From a virus, in the UHGV virus genome UHGV-0072042: a stretch of DNA of 35,442 bases; one strand, written 5' to 3'. The notes beneath the pieces are model-generated. The model searched no databases, had not been told where the DNA came from, and worked only from the letters and a program-made list of their open reading frames with translations. This document shows, piece after piece, positions 1-8,397 of this stretch (within the stretch, counting starts at the first letter, position 1; every line of letters starts with the position of its first letter). The position numbers were made by a program, and so were the translations under genes.

Positions 1-7
1 AAAAAAA

Positions 8-42
8 GCACATTTGCCGCCCGACCAAGAACGCAAATGTGC
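8..42 (-). terminator. Perfect 10-bp inverted repeat GCACATTTGC/GCAAATGTGC with a 15-nt spacer, preceded on + by A7 (so followed by T7 on the minus strand). Candidate minus-strand intrinsic terminator or operator upstream of int.
   Basis: Seen directly: arms at 8-17 and 33-42, A-run at 1-7. No U-run follows on the + strand. Confidence 0.35.
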
Positions 43-138
43 AAAGAGCTACGGTAAAGTAGGTCTATTTGTTGTACCCTATTTTACCATCTCGAAATCC
101 GCTGTACAACCGAACAAACGTACGAAAGGAAAGATAAA

Positions 139-1345
139 GATGGCAAAAAAAGAAATTGATAAACGAATTAAAAAGTATTTAACAAAAAAAGGCGAAGAAA
201 AATATCAGTTTAGTCTGTACTTAGGAGTTGATCCGCTAACAGGAAAAAAAAGAAAAACGACAAGACGAGGTTTTAGTACCCCACTAGCCGCTGAGAGAGC
301 TTTAAAAAGATTGGAGGCAGATATACAGGAAAAAGGACTGCAAGCTTCTACAGCTCAAAAGAGCAAGAAATTCGAATATGTTTACGGCTTATGGTTTGAA
401 AATTATAAAAAGACAGTTAAAGAAAGCACTTGGTCCTCCACCAAACAAATTTTTGACACACACATCTTAAAAGTGTTTGGAGATAAGTTCATTGACAAAA
501 TAGACGTTTTTTTCTGTCAAGAAGCAGTAAACACTTGGTCCGATAGCCATCCTAAAATTTTTAAGAAAATAAAAAATTACACATCTAATGTTTTTGATTA
601 CGCTGCTTCTTTACAAATCATAACTAGCAACCCTATGAAATTAGTTTCTGTTCCACGCGGAGAAGCTCTAGATATCGAAGATAAAAATATCGAATTTTAT
701 ACTAAAGAAGAATTAATCGAATTTTTAGAAGCAATAAGAAACGATGATGATGAAAGATATTTATTCTTTTCTCTATTGGCTTTTACAGGTATAAGAAAAG
801 GAGAAGCTTTTGCACTGACCTGGTCGGATATTGACTTTAAGAGCAAAACACTCAATATTAATAAAACTGTAACAAGAGGATATCAAGGAAGATTGATCGT
901 AAATACTCCTAAATCAAAATCTGGAAAAAGAAAAATTTATCTAGACAATGATTTGATCAGTTTATTGAGAAAGTATTATACAAAAAACAAAACGATCGTT
1001 ACAATCCAAAGCGAAAACTTAATTTTTCAACATGATGGTCTTCTCTATAATCCTACAGTTTCGCGTTCGTGGCTTAATGTCATATATAAGCATCATCCAG
1101 AATTAACTAAAAGAATCACCACTCATGGTTTTCGACATACTCATGCCTCTCTCCTTTTTGAATCAGGAGCCTCTTTAAAAGATGTTCAGGAACGTTTAGG
1201 GCATGCAGATATTCAAACTACTTCAAACATTTACACTCATGTAACTGAAACTCAAAACAAAAAAGTTATCAATAATTTTGTAGCATTTATGAAGAATAGT
1301 ACTCAGGGGGAGTCAAAAGGGGAGTCAAAAAATATTTTGGGCTAA
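139..1345 (+). CDS. int: Tyrosine site-specific integrase (phage integrase family).
   Basis: C-terminal catalytic signature HGFRHTHASLL...LGHADIQTTSNIYTHV (R-H-R-Y). ATG at 139 preceded by GGAAAG; the ORF-track start at 14 is an upstream extension. Confidence 0.9.
1303..1326. repeat. Copy 1 of a 24-bp perfect direct repeat CAGGGGGAGTCAAAAGGGGAGTCA (internal tandem GGGGAGTCA x2). Lies inside the int 3' end, where it encodes GESKGESK.
   Basis: Exact match to 1547-1570. Putative Int arm-type site (P arm). Confidence 0.6.
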
Positions 1346-1358
1346 ACATACAACAAAA

Positions 1359-1380
1359 AAGACACGATCGAAATCGTGTC
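1359..1380 (-). terminator. Hairpin AGACACGAT-cgaa-ATCGTGTCT with an A6 run upstream on + (T6 downstream on the minus strand). Minus-strand intrinsic terminator for the late/lysis transcript; could also serve as a weak int terminator.
   Basis: 9-bp perfect stem, 4-nt loop. Same arm sequence recurs at 31390-31419. Confidence 0.45.
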
Positions 1381-1397
1381 TAATCGTTGATATATAA

Positions 1398-1421
1398 GGA
1401 AGGTACAGGATTTGAACCTGC
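1398..1421 (-). other. attP core: 3'-terminal fragment of a tRNA (T-arm plus acceptor 3' strand) on the minus strand. No 5' half, so not a functional tRNA gene.
   Basis: Reverse complement is GCAGG-TTCAAAT-CCTGT-ACCTTCC: T-stem with one G-U pair, canonical 7-nt T-loop TTCAAAT, then a 7-nt acceptor strand. Upstream sequence does not fold into anticodon or D arms. Typical phage attP identity segment for integration into a tRNA 3' end. Confidence 0.55.
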
Positions 1422-1546
1422 GCGCCGGTATTAGCCGGTTCGCCGGATTTCGAGAATAGGGTTTAAAGCTGATTTTAAGTGTTTTTCGCTTATTATCAGC
1501 TTTTTATTATCTAAAAAAACAACTTTTAGAGACATCCATATACTGC

Positions 1547-1570
1547 CAGGGGGAGTCAAAAGGGGAGTCA
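1547..1570. repeat. Copy 2 of the 24-bp direct repeat, immediately downstream of the lysin stop. Putative P' arm site.
   Basis: Exact match to 1303-1326. Confidence 0.6.
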
Positions 1571-1574
1571 TTTT

Positions 1575-2351
1575 TTATAGTTTATTCGCATTTAATCGAC
1601 GCTGTAATTCTTTCACTGCATTAGATACAGGACTGATTACACCGTCTTGTGTGGTGCCTAAATGTCTTTGTAATGCTTTGATTGTTCCTTGACCACACAA
1701 TCCGTCTTGAGCAATACCTAAGAAGCCTTGTAAAGCTTTGATGACATTCGACCCAGTCAACGTATTGTCAAATTGAGCAGAGTAAATATTTTGGTTAAAT
1801 GTTTGTTTGAACTGATGACTGATCACACCGTCTTTACCAGCAGTATCAAAGTATTCTTGCAGACGTCTAGCAGTTGCATTTCCAAATTGACCATCAAGGG
1901 CTAATTGGATCATCTGTGGTTTATTATCTGTATTAGTAGTTCCTCCATCGATAATACGGTAGAAATTATGTTGCAGTTTTGTACTCATGTATGCATCATT
2001 AGTATCTACTGCGATCCCGTTATGCGTATAAGAGCAATGGATAAATGAGCCGTTACTTAGAAAAATACCTGTATGACCAGCTGATCCATTTGACCCTCCA
2101 GGAGTACCTGAAATAAAGATATCTCCTCGTTGTACTTCTGATCGACTTATTTTTTTCAGTTTAGTTCCAACCATACCGAACAGCGTTTCAGTATTTCCCA
2201 TTGATCCAGAAGGTAAGAAGCCTCCAGCAATCATTGAGAAAAAAACTGCAGAACTGCAATCGTAAGAATTGGGACCCATTCGATGGGTCATTGAATACGT
2301 CACTTTACCTAGTCGATCCTGCATCCATTTAATCATTGACTCTTTACTCAT
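1575..2351 (-). CDS. Endolysin: N-terminal NlpC/P60- or CHAP-like cysteine peptidase, C-terminal peptidoglycan-binding repeats.
   Basis: YDCSSAV (Cys) and GHTGIF (His) motifs. C-terminal repeated IKALQxxLGxxQDGxxG units resemble PG_binding_1. Sits next to the holin. Confidence 0.85.
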   Translation of the reverse strand: MSKESMIKWMQDRLGKVTYSMTHRMGPNSYDCSSAVFFSMIAGGFLPSGSMGNTETLFGMVGTKLKKISRSEVQRGDIFISGTPGGSNGSAGHTGIFLSNGSFIHCSYTHNGIAVDTNDAYMSTKLQHNFYRIIDGGTTNTDNKPQMIQLALDGQFGNATARRLQEYFDTAGKDGVISHQFKQTFNQNIYSAQFDNTLTGSNVIKALQGFLGIAQDGLCGQGTIKALQRHLGTTQDGVISPVSNAVKELQRRLNANKL

Positions 2352-2353
2352 TT

Positions 2354-2758
2354 TTATTGTCCTCCTTCTTTTTTGTTTTTCCCTTGTTTTTCAGTTGAAT
2401 CTTTTAGCTTGCTGAATCGATCTTTCACAAAATCTGGAATCGGGATCCCTAGCTGACCTAAATTCTCAATCACCGAGATTCCATAAACAGCAATGTACGA
2501 AAGCACAAAAGCTGTTGCGACTCCTTCAAAGTTCATGATTTTAAGATAGGGGTAAGCAATCAGTACAAGCGCCACGACCAGCAAATGTTTTACTACCCCC
2601 ATTAGTCCTTTAGTACTATTTGTTTCTTTTCCAGCAAGTCCCTTACAAACTCCTGTAATGATATCCGCAATGACAATCCAAACAAAAATTTGAATATAAA
2701 CGTTGCTTACTAGATTTTTAAACTCTGATAACAAAACTAAATTATCAATGATCACCAT
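2354..2758 (-). CDS. Holin (phage_holin_4-like), 2-3 transmembrane segments and a charged C-terminus.
   Basis: Hydrophobic stretches IQIFVWIVIADIITGV, LLVVALVLIAYPYL and FVLSYIAVYGISVI, with a K/E-rich tail. Probable ATG at 2758 after AAGGGTGGA; the track start at 2773 is a GTG. Confidence 0.8.
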   Translation of the reverse strand: MVIIDNLVLLSEFKNLVSNVYIQIFVWIVIADIITGVCKGLAGKETNSTKGLMGVVKHLLVVALVLIAYPYLKIMNFEGVATAFVLSYIAVYGISVIENLGQLGIPIPDFVKDRFSKLKDSTEKQGKNKKEGGQ

Positions 2759-2792
2759 GTTTCCACCCTTCACTTTCTATTTTTAGCCATAC

Positions 2793-2817
2793 AAAAAGCG
2801 CACTCGTTCGAGTACGC
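2793..2817 (-). terminator. Minus-strand rho-independent terminator between a small ORF and the holin gene.
   Basis: On the minus strand: GCGTACTCG-aa-CGAGTGCGC (with one G-U pair) followed by TTTTT. Confidence 0.4.
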
Positions 2818-2830
2818 TATAGTGACTAAC

Positions 2831-2959
2831 TCACTTGTGGATGTTTACAATTGCTCGTTTTGAAACCTTATTACCATTAAATTTTGTTACAAGATAAATT
2901 CTTGTAATTTTTGAATTTTCTTCTGTTTCTAATAACCAACTTGGTTTGAATGCTAACAC
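2831..2959 (-). CDS. Small hypothetical protein (42 aa, GTG start) with a strong RBS.
   Basis: AGGAGGggataaaaGTG; translation VLAFKPSWLLETEENSKITRIYLVTKFNGNKVSKRAIVNIHK. Not in the ATG-based ORF track. Confidence 0.35.
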   Translation of the reverse strand: MLAFKPSWLLETEENSKITRIYLVTKFNGNKVSKRAIVNIHK

Positions 2960-3058
2960 TTTTATCCCCTCCTTTCTTCTTCGATAGTAATATAGCACAA
3001 CACGTCTAAAATACGATGCGTATAAAGAAAAAGTTTATTTATATTAACTATGTTGTTA

Positions 3059-3193
3059 TCACAACACTTTAGTTTTATTAATAATTTTTTGTGCTTCTTC
3101 GTCTGTAATGCATAGTGGAACGAATAGTCGAACTTGATCGTCAGTAAAACAGCCCCAATCATACATCATTTTCACATCGCTAAAACTAAACAT
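3059..3193 (-). CDS. XkdX-family small phage protein (44 aa).
   Basis: GGGAGGtgagtagtATG; MFSFSDVKMMYDWGCFTDDQVRLFVPLCITDEEAQKIINKTKVL fits the XkdX pattern (W-G-x-T-x-EQV...V..G-IT-EE). Typical position between tail fibre and holin. Preferred over the track ORF 2962..3162, which is in another frame. Confidence 0.6.
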   Translation of the reverse strand: MFSFSDVKMMYDWGCFTDDQVRLFVPLCITDEEAQKIINKTKVL

Positions 3194-3194
3194 A

Positions 3195-3641
3195 CTACTC
3201 ACCTCCCTTTGAAGCTGGATTTAGTTGCTCTTTAATTTCTGAAATGTCTTTGCTATTTTGTAACGAAGCAAGCATCATTTTTGAATTGATTTGTGCTAAA
3301 CTATCCGCTTTTTCTTTCAATGCAGCATTTTCCTGTTTAATCGCTACATCGTTTAGCATGATTTTGGCATTGAGCTGCTTTAGGTTATCGTTTTCATGTT
3401 CCAGAGCCTCGTACATCGCTTTGAGATTGTTTAAATCGTTGTGATCTAGTGCGTTCGCTAAAATAATCCATTGATTCAATTTAGGATCAAACATCTGATC
3501 AGCGATCGTTAGCGGTTCGCCATCAGCACGAAGCCCTTCAAGCGGCGGCTGATCCGTGTAAGGAACGGATACAAGCATGTCGTCCAATACTTTTCCTGCA
3601 TATTCTCCGCCAGTACGTCCATATTTCCAAATGTTTTTCAT
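3195..3641 (-). CDS. Tail-associated hypothetical protein with a C-terminal coiled coil (XkdW-like position).
   Basis: Heptad-like segment LKAMYEALEHENDNLKQLNAKIMLNDVAIKQENAALKEKADSLAQ. Location between the receptor-binding protein and XkdX. Confidence 0.55.
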   Translation of the reverse strand: MKNIWKYGRTGGEYAGKVLDDMLVSVPYTDQPPLEGLRADGEPLTIADQMFDPKLNQWIILANALDHNDLNNLKAMYEALEHENDNLKQLNAKIMLNDVAIKQENAALKEKADSLAQINSKMMLASLQNSKDISEIKEQLNPASKGGE

Positions 3642-3659
3642 TTATTTCACTCCTTTAAT

Positions 3660-5867
3660 CTAAGATTCTATTTCCATAATGTGTAGCGTGTTTATTTGAG
3701 AAAAATCTAACTTCTTACCATCCTGAGTTTCAAATGTGATATTGAAGTACTCTCCTTTTTTTAACGCGAAAATTCTACTAAAGTGAAGCCCATGCTTCCA
3801 TTGCAATGCAGTTTCATTTATACCAACACCACCTGCGAAACCAATAGAACTAGTTTGGGCATCGTCTTTATAAAAAGTAATATAACCATACTGGCCAGCT
3901 GTTGATCCGCCAAACTGATATCTAACTAGCCCTTCTACCAACAAAGTACAGTCTCGATTAGCTGTGGCTTGCCAATTTCCAGAATTCCAAGTCAACGGAT
4001 TCTCTTTCATGGATCGATTCAATTTTGCTCCAATGGTGGTTGCTACTGGTCCAATAATCAACCGAGCTTTATTAGGAATACCAGTTTGTTCAGTTCCTGT
4101 TGAATGCCACGCTTCATAAGGCAACGGCTTTTCTTCTACCAGTACATTTTTTCCATTAACTAGAGGGGTTTCTAAAAAGTTCTTAGTTCCATCTACAGAT
4201 TGTGGTTCGGTTAAGCTCACCGAATCATTCAATCCTTTTTCAGTATATTCAGGTGTGATGTCCCAGCTGTAGTCGTTCGGATTGTTACTGTCTTTCAATC
4301 CTTCACCAAAGTATTTATATTGCTCAATATTCGGGGTTCGTGTGTCGCCTTTTTCAATCTTAAGCCAGTCAATTTGAACAGCGCCTTTAGTTGCACTAGG
4401 GTATTGATATATATTCAATGCTCTTACTGCACCTACGTCTATGTTAGCTTGCGTTACTGTAAATACTAGTTGCCATACGTCTGTCATACCTTCAACGGGC
4501 GTTAAGTTCCCAGCTTTAATTGTACCTTGCAAATCTAAGTAAGCTACAAAACTCTGAGTAGCTGGTTTAGTTGCTTTCATAGTGACTACATATTTCTGGT
4601 TAACTTTGTAGTCTTCTACATTGGCTTTTGAATAAACAGAGTATTCAGTTGTAGTAATAGGAAACTGCACATCTTTGTTTGCAATATTCTTACCCAAAGC
4701 CACCTTACTCAAATAATACGGCGCATCAAGTAAGTTAGGCTGGTACGGGGTGGCTGTTGAGCCTTCTTCGATTTTGATGTTATAGCCTAAATAGCATGTA
4801 CATGCACCAGCTGAATTATTAAACCACAAAGATATTCTAGACTCTTCTGTAGTCACAAAATTAGCAGCTGTAGTAAACGTAACGCTATAGGTCGTTCTAT
4901 TGGTACCCACAGGTTTGTTTATAAGCGCCCAAACAGACCTTACTTCTGTTCCCTCTCTTAATCGAAATTCACATTGTATCGCGCCAGATGGCACGTCTAT
5001 ATCCGCCCATATATCAACGCTGAGAGAATAAGTTTTGTTTGGTAACAATGTGCGGAGGTTTAATAGTTTTCCAGCCGGAGGCGCATCTGCAGTTCTTGTA
5101 ACTGCAATGTGGTCTACTCCATCTTTTGCGGTGTAACCAGTTTGAGAGCCATTGTTGTAAAAATCATTAAAACCTACATTAGGCGCAATATTAGGGTTCC
5201 CCGAATAATCATAGCCCCCGAAGTCGATGCTGTTACTGTACATCTTTTTCAGCTTGCCGAGGTCGCCGATTTGCTGATTCGTTTGATCAATACGGTCTTC
5301 AAGTATAGTTAGATCATTTTGCGCTGAACTAACATTTTTAGAAACAGCTTCAACTTTTGCTAGTGCCTCATTTACTGCATCTGTTGCTTCTTGTTTGACT
5401 CCATCAAGTAATTGTTGAAAGTCTGCAATAAAGTAGTCTGCTTTATCTTGCGCTAGTCCGTCGATTGCTGAACGCTTCATACGGAAGGTGAAGCCTAAGT
5501 TATCACTTGTTGATCCGTCTGGATACTCGATGTAAACATAAGCTTCCACCATACCGTTATAAGCTTTCATCGCTTCTGGCAAGATATATACGACCTGTCC
5601 ATTCAAGAAGCTTTTAGTGATGAGGTTTTTCGTGATAAAAGGGATTGGCTCTTTCGTGATCATTCCATCTACTTCATCATAGATAAACATCAACAAGCGC
5701 AAGTTAGCTCCTAGCAAGTCCGCCGGTGTGCCGTTCTGTTGTTCGACGTTGAACTCTAACGCTATTTGATTATCGTATGATTTAAATACAAGCCCCGTTG
5801 CTTGCAAATCGTAGTCTTTCGGCTGTGTAGGTACTTTGATAGAGCCTTTTTTGATGACATGCGCCAT
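3660..5867 (-). CDS. Receptor-binding / baseplate upper protein: BppU-like N-terminus, coiled-coil neck, C-terminal beta-rich (carbohydrate-binding-like) domains. Tail fibre.
   Basis: N-terminal MAHVIKKGSIKVPTQPKDYDLQATGLVFKSYDNQIALEFNV resembles phage BppU_N, followed by a coiled coil (AQNDLTILEDRIDQTNQQIGDLGKLKK). 735 aa, last large gene of the tail module. Confidence 0.7.
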   Translation of the reverse strand: MAHVIKKGSIKVPTQPKDYDLQATGLVFKSYDNQIALEFNVEQQNGTPADLLGANLRLLMFIYDEVDGMITKEPIPFITKNLITKSFLNGQVVYILPEAMKAYNGMVEAYVYIEYPDGSTSDNLGFTFRMKRSAIDGLAQDKADYFIADFQQLLDGVKQEATDAVNEALAKVEAVSKNVSSAQNDLTILEDRIDQTNQQIGDLGKLKKMYSNSIDFGGYDYSGNPNIAPNVGFNDFYNNGSQTGYTAKDGVDHIAVTRTADAPPAGKLLNLRTLLPNKTYSLSVDIWADIDVPSGAIQCEFRLREGTEVRSVWALINKPVGTNRTTYSVTFTTAANFVTTEESRISLWFNNSAGACTCYLGYNIKIEEGSTATPYQPNLLDAPYYLSKVALGKNIANKDVQFPITTTEYSVYSKANVEDYKVNQKYVVTMKATKPATQSFVAYLDLQGTIKAGNLTPVEGMTDVWQLVFTVTQANIDVGAVRALNIYQYPSATKGAVQIDWLKIEKGDTRTPNIEQYKYFGEGLKDSNNPNDYSWDITPEYTEKGLNDSVSLTEPQSVDGTKNFLETPLVNGKNVLVEEKPLPYEAWHSTGTEQTGIPNKARLIIGPVATTIGAKLNRSMKENPLTWNSGNWQATANRDCTLLVEGLVRYQFGGSTAGQYGYITFYKDDAQTSSIGFAGGVGINETALQWKHGLHFSRIFALKKGEYFNITFETQDGKKLDFSQINTLHIMEIES

Positions 5868-6649
5868 TATTTCACACCTTCAATCTTAGTTATTTTCACG
5901 TCGTTGCTCATTGCGGGATTGGAAACATTGCCGGATGAAATATCTAAAGCTCTGCCGTTTGACATCGTTATCTTTCGCGCTTCGATTGTCAGTTCAAACT
6001 CGATCAACGTCATTCCTGCACTCTCGTTCCATAAATTAGCTTTTGTAATCCGCGCGTATCTTTGACGTTTTATCTCTTCTATAAAGTCGCCGTCCCCGTC
6101 TGTGTAGTGGATACGAAGCGTTTGGTAACGGAAGGTGTCGTCTGGTAGATTGACCGATTGCCCTTTTCTTAATTCTCCCTCAAAAAGAACAGAAGTAGTG
6201 TAAACACGCCGCCAACCTAGTGAATTATAACCTTCTACCGGGTCGCTGTTATGTGTCATTTTGATGTAAATTTCGCCGCTATAACGAGCAAAAGCAACGA
6301 TTAATTTCCTCAAATCGTGATCCGCGAATACCATCATTTCAACAAAACTATCATCTTCGATTCCGCCGGGGTTGTTCGCTCCCCAGCCGGCTTTAGTCGC
6401 GTATTTGCCGGGCGGAATGTCTAAAATGTTTGGATATTTTTGTGGCAACTTATAATCGCGTAACCAACGCCCACGCGCTTGCATAACTGTTTCTGGTGTA
6501 GCAAAGCCCGCGTTGCTTTCAGTAGCTAGGACGTGCGCGTCGTGATCCGAGCCGTCGTAATGGATAGCCGCTTGACGCAATAACCATTTCACAGCCTCTT
6601 CATAACTCATTTCTTCAAAAATATTTGGTTTGCTTTGAAAATCTAACAT
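5867..6649 (-). CDS. Tail/baseplate hypothetical protein (260 aa).
   Basis: Position within the tail module. No recognisable motif. Confidence 0.5.
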   Translation of the reverse strand: MLDFQSKPNIFEEMSYEEAVKWLLRQAAIHYDGSDHDAHVLATESNAGFATPETVMQARGRWLRDYKLPQKYPNILDIPPGKYATKAGWGANNPGGIEDDSFVEMMVFADHDLRKLIVAFARYSGEIYIKMTHNSDPVEGYNSLGWRRVYTTSVLFEGELRKGQSVNLPDDTFRYQTLRIHYTDGDGDFIEEIKRQRYARITKANLWNESAGMTLIEFELTIEARKITMSNGRALDISSGNVSNPAMSNDVKITKIEGVK

Positions 6650-6665
6650 TTAATTGTTCACCGCC

Positions 6666-8384
6666 TTAATAGTTATAAGTGAAGTCTTTCGCGCGTCCTA
6701 CGCCTTTACTTGTCACTTTTCTCGTTGCTGTGTCAACTTCTATTTTGTAAAACGCTAATTCGTCCGGCGTGTCTACTTGGCTAGCTGTTTGAGAAAAACC
6801 AACGTCACATAAAATCATTTTTACTGTTCCGAACGTGTCTTCTAGTTGTTGATGCCAATGTCCGCAGAAATAACCTACCACAACGCCGGCGCCTTTCGTG
6901 TTCATTGCGAAAGTTTTCGTTCCACTGAATAAGTCGTCATTTGGTTGCCCTAAGTCGCCCCAGTTAATAGTTACTGGACTTCCAGATTTAAAACCTTCTA
7001 CCAACGCGCTAATCATGTTGATATTGCGAACATTAGCACTAGCTAAACGTAAAGGTGTATGCCCTACTAATACCACGTGATAGTTTCTCGGAACGTTTAC
7101 CAACCATTCCCCGAAGGTGTTGATTTGTTTAGCGCTGAAAGCTCCCTGTGTTTCATCGCTGTAACCGTCCGCGTACTTGTCGCCTATGCCGCCTTCATAA
7201 TAATCACAAGTATCAAAACGGTAAATCGCTACATTTTTATTTGGGAATAACGCGCCTCCATATAGGTCGTTCCAATACTCTTCAAAGTCAGCGTTGCATA
7301 ACATTCCTTTTCGTTTGCGCCACGCAGGATCAAAACAAGCGTCGTGGTTTCCTTTACAGATAATAACCGGTTTCTCTTGCCCTGCTACTGCTGCATTAGT
7401 AAAGCGTTTGAGCGTACTTAACATAGAATGTCGCGCGCTCCATTCGTCGATAATGCCTATATCATTACCGAGCGAGCCAAGTCCGCCGTCGATATTGTCT
7501 CCGCCGTAAATCATCACATCTGTTTTGTTCCCTAATTTTTGAAATTGAGGGATTGCGCGCCAATGTCTTAAATAATAAGCATCTTTGTAACCGACGCCAT
7601 CTATACGCAAGTTGTGATTATCTACGTGAATGTCTGTAATGAAAGAAAAGTTAAATTTGCTGTTATTAACACTGTTGACAACCGTATTCAAATTGCGCGG
7701 CACTAGGTCAACGTATTTCATCGTGTCGTAATCAAAAAAGCGTGTTGTTTCTCTAATCTGTGAGCTGCCGACTGGCACTTGGTATTTTTGGTTTATACGA
7801 TCAGCTAATGATTCGTAGTCGCCTTTAGCTTCATTCAGAATGTTAATGATCGTACCACCTGGATCGATATTTTCCAGTATTTCACGATTATCTTCTAACC
7901 ACTGCTCCCAGTCATTTTTGCCCTGATCCATGTAATCTTTGAATTTTCTTAGCAAATCCTCAAAGGTCCACACATATCCAGAGTCACGTAACTGGCTTCT
8001 AGATATTCCAGAAATGACTCGATAGGTAAAATCCTGTGTGCTAAATTGTTCACTCCAAGTTCCATCACCTTTAAGTGATCGGAAACTGAAATGTGCGGTG
8101 TTTTCACCACCCCATTGCCAGTCAGGCTCGCTCAACGTGTAAACAAGCCTTGCCTGTGCTGGACTGTATTCCTGTACTTTTTGTTCAACAGGTTGGTTTT
8201 CGCCAAATTTTGTTGTATTAATAAAAAATGGCACTAGGCCATCGAATGTTTTTAGTTTGCCATGTTCCACCACTTCAACAACGAACTTTTGGGTTAAAAC
8301 ATCCCCTTGCCGAATTCGAACCAAATTTATTCCGTTATTTGGTTCGGTGGTGGATAGGACCATTTTATGCTGCGTTTCTGCCAC
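6666..8384 (-). CDS. Tail protein with a calcineurin-like metallophosphoesterase domain.
   Basis: Motifs in order: FITDIHVD (D-x-H), YGGDNID (GDxxD), CKGNHD (GNH[DE]), VVLVGHTP (GH), CGHWH (GHxH). Likely GTG start at 8384 after AGGAGG plus a 7-nt spacer; the ATG at 8459 in the ORF track would overlap the upstream gene. Confidence 0.7.
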   Translation of the reverse strand: MAETQHKMVLSTTEPNNGINLVRIRQGDVLTQKFVVEVVEHGKLKTFDGLVPFFINTTKFGENQPVEQKVQEYSPAQARLVYTLSEPDWQWGGENTAHFSFRSLKGDGTWSEQFSTQDFTYRVISGISRSQLRDSGYVWTFEDLLRKFKDYMDQGKNDWEQWLEDNREILENIDPGGTIINILNEAKGDYESLADRINQKYQVPVGSSQIRETTRFFDYDTMKYVDLVPRNLNTVVNSVNNSKFNFSFITDIHVDNHNLRIDGVGYKDAYYLRHWRAIPQFQKLGNKTDVMIYGGDNIDGGLGSLGNDIGIIDEWSARHSMLSTLKRFTNAAVAGQEKPVIICKGNHDACFDPAWRKRKGMLCNADFEEYWNDLYGGALFPNKNVAIYRFDTCDYYEGGIGDKYADGYSDETQGAFSAKQINTFGEWLVNVPRNYHVVLVGHTPLRLASANVRNINMISALVEGFKSGSPVTINWGDLGQPNDDLFSGTKTFAMNTKGAGVVVGYFCGHWHQQLEDTFGTVKMILCDVGFSQTASQVDTPDELAFYKIEVDTATRKVTSKGVGRAKDFTYNY

Positions 8385-8397
8385 GACTATCCCTCCT

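Noticed and set aside
1398-1480. Possible complete tRNA gene at attP
   Set aside because: Only the T-arm and 3' acceptor strand are present. The upstream sequence cannot form anticodon or D arms, and there is no complementary 5' acceptor strand.
2962-3162. 66-aa ORF from the track between the coiled-coil gene and the holin
   Set aside because: The frame lacks an RBS. The same DNA encodes an XkdX-like protein and a 42-aa protein in other frames, each with a strong Shine-Dalgarno sequence.
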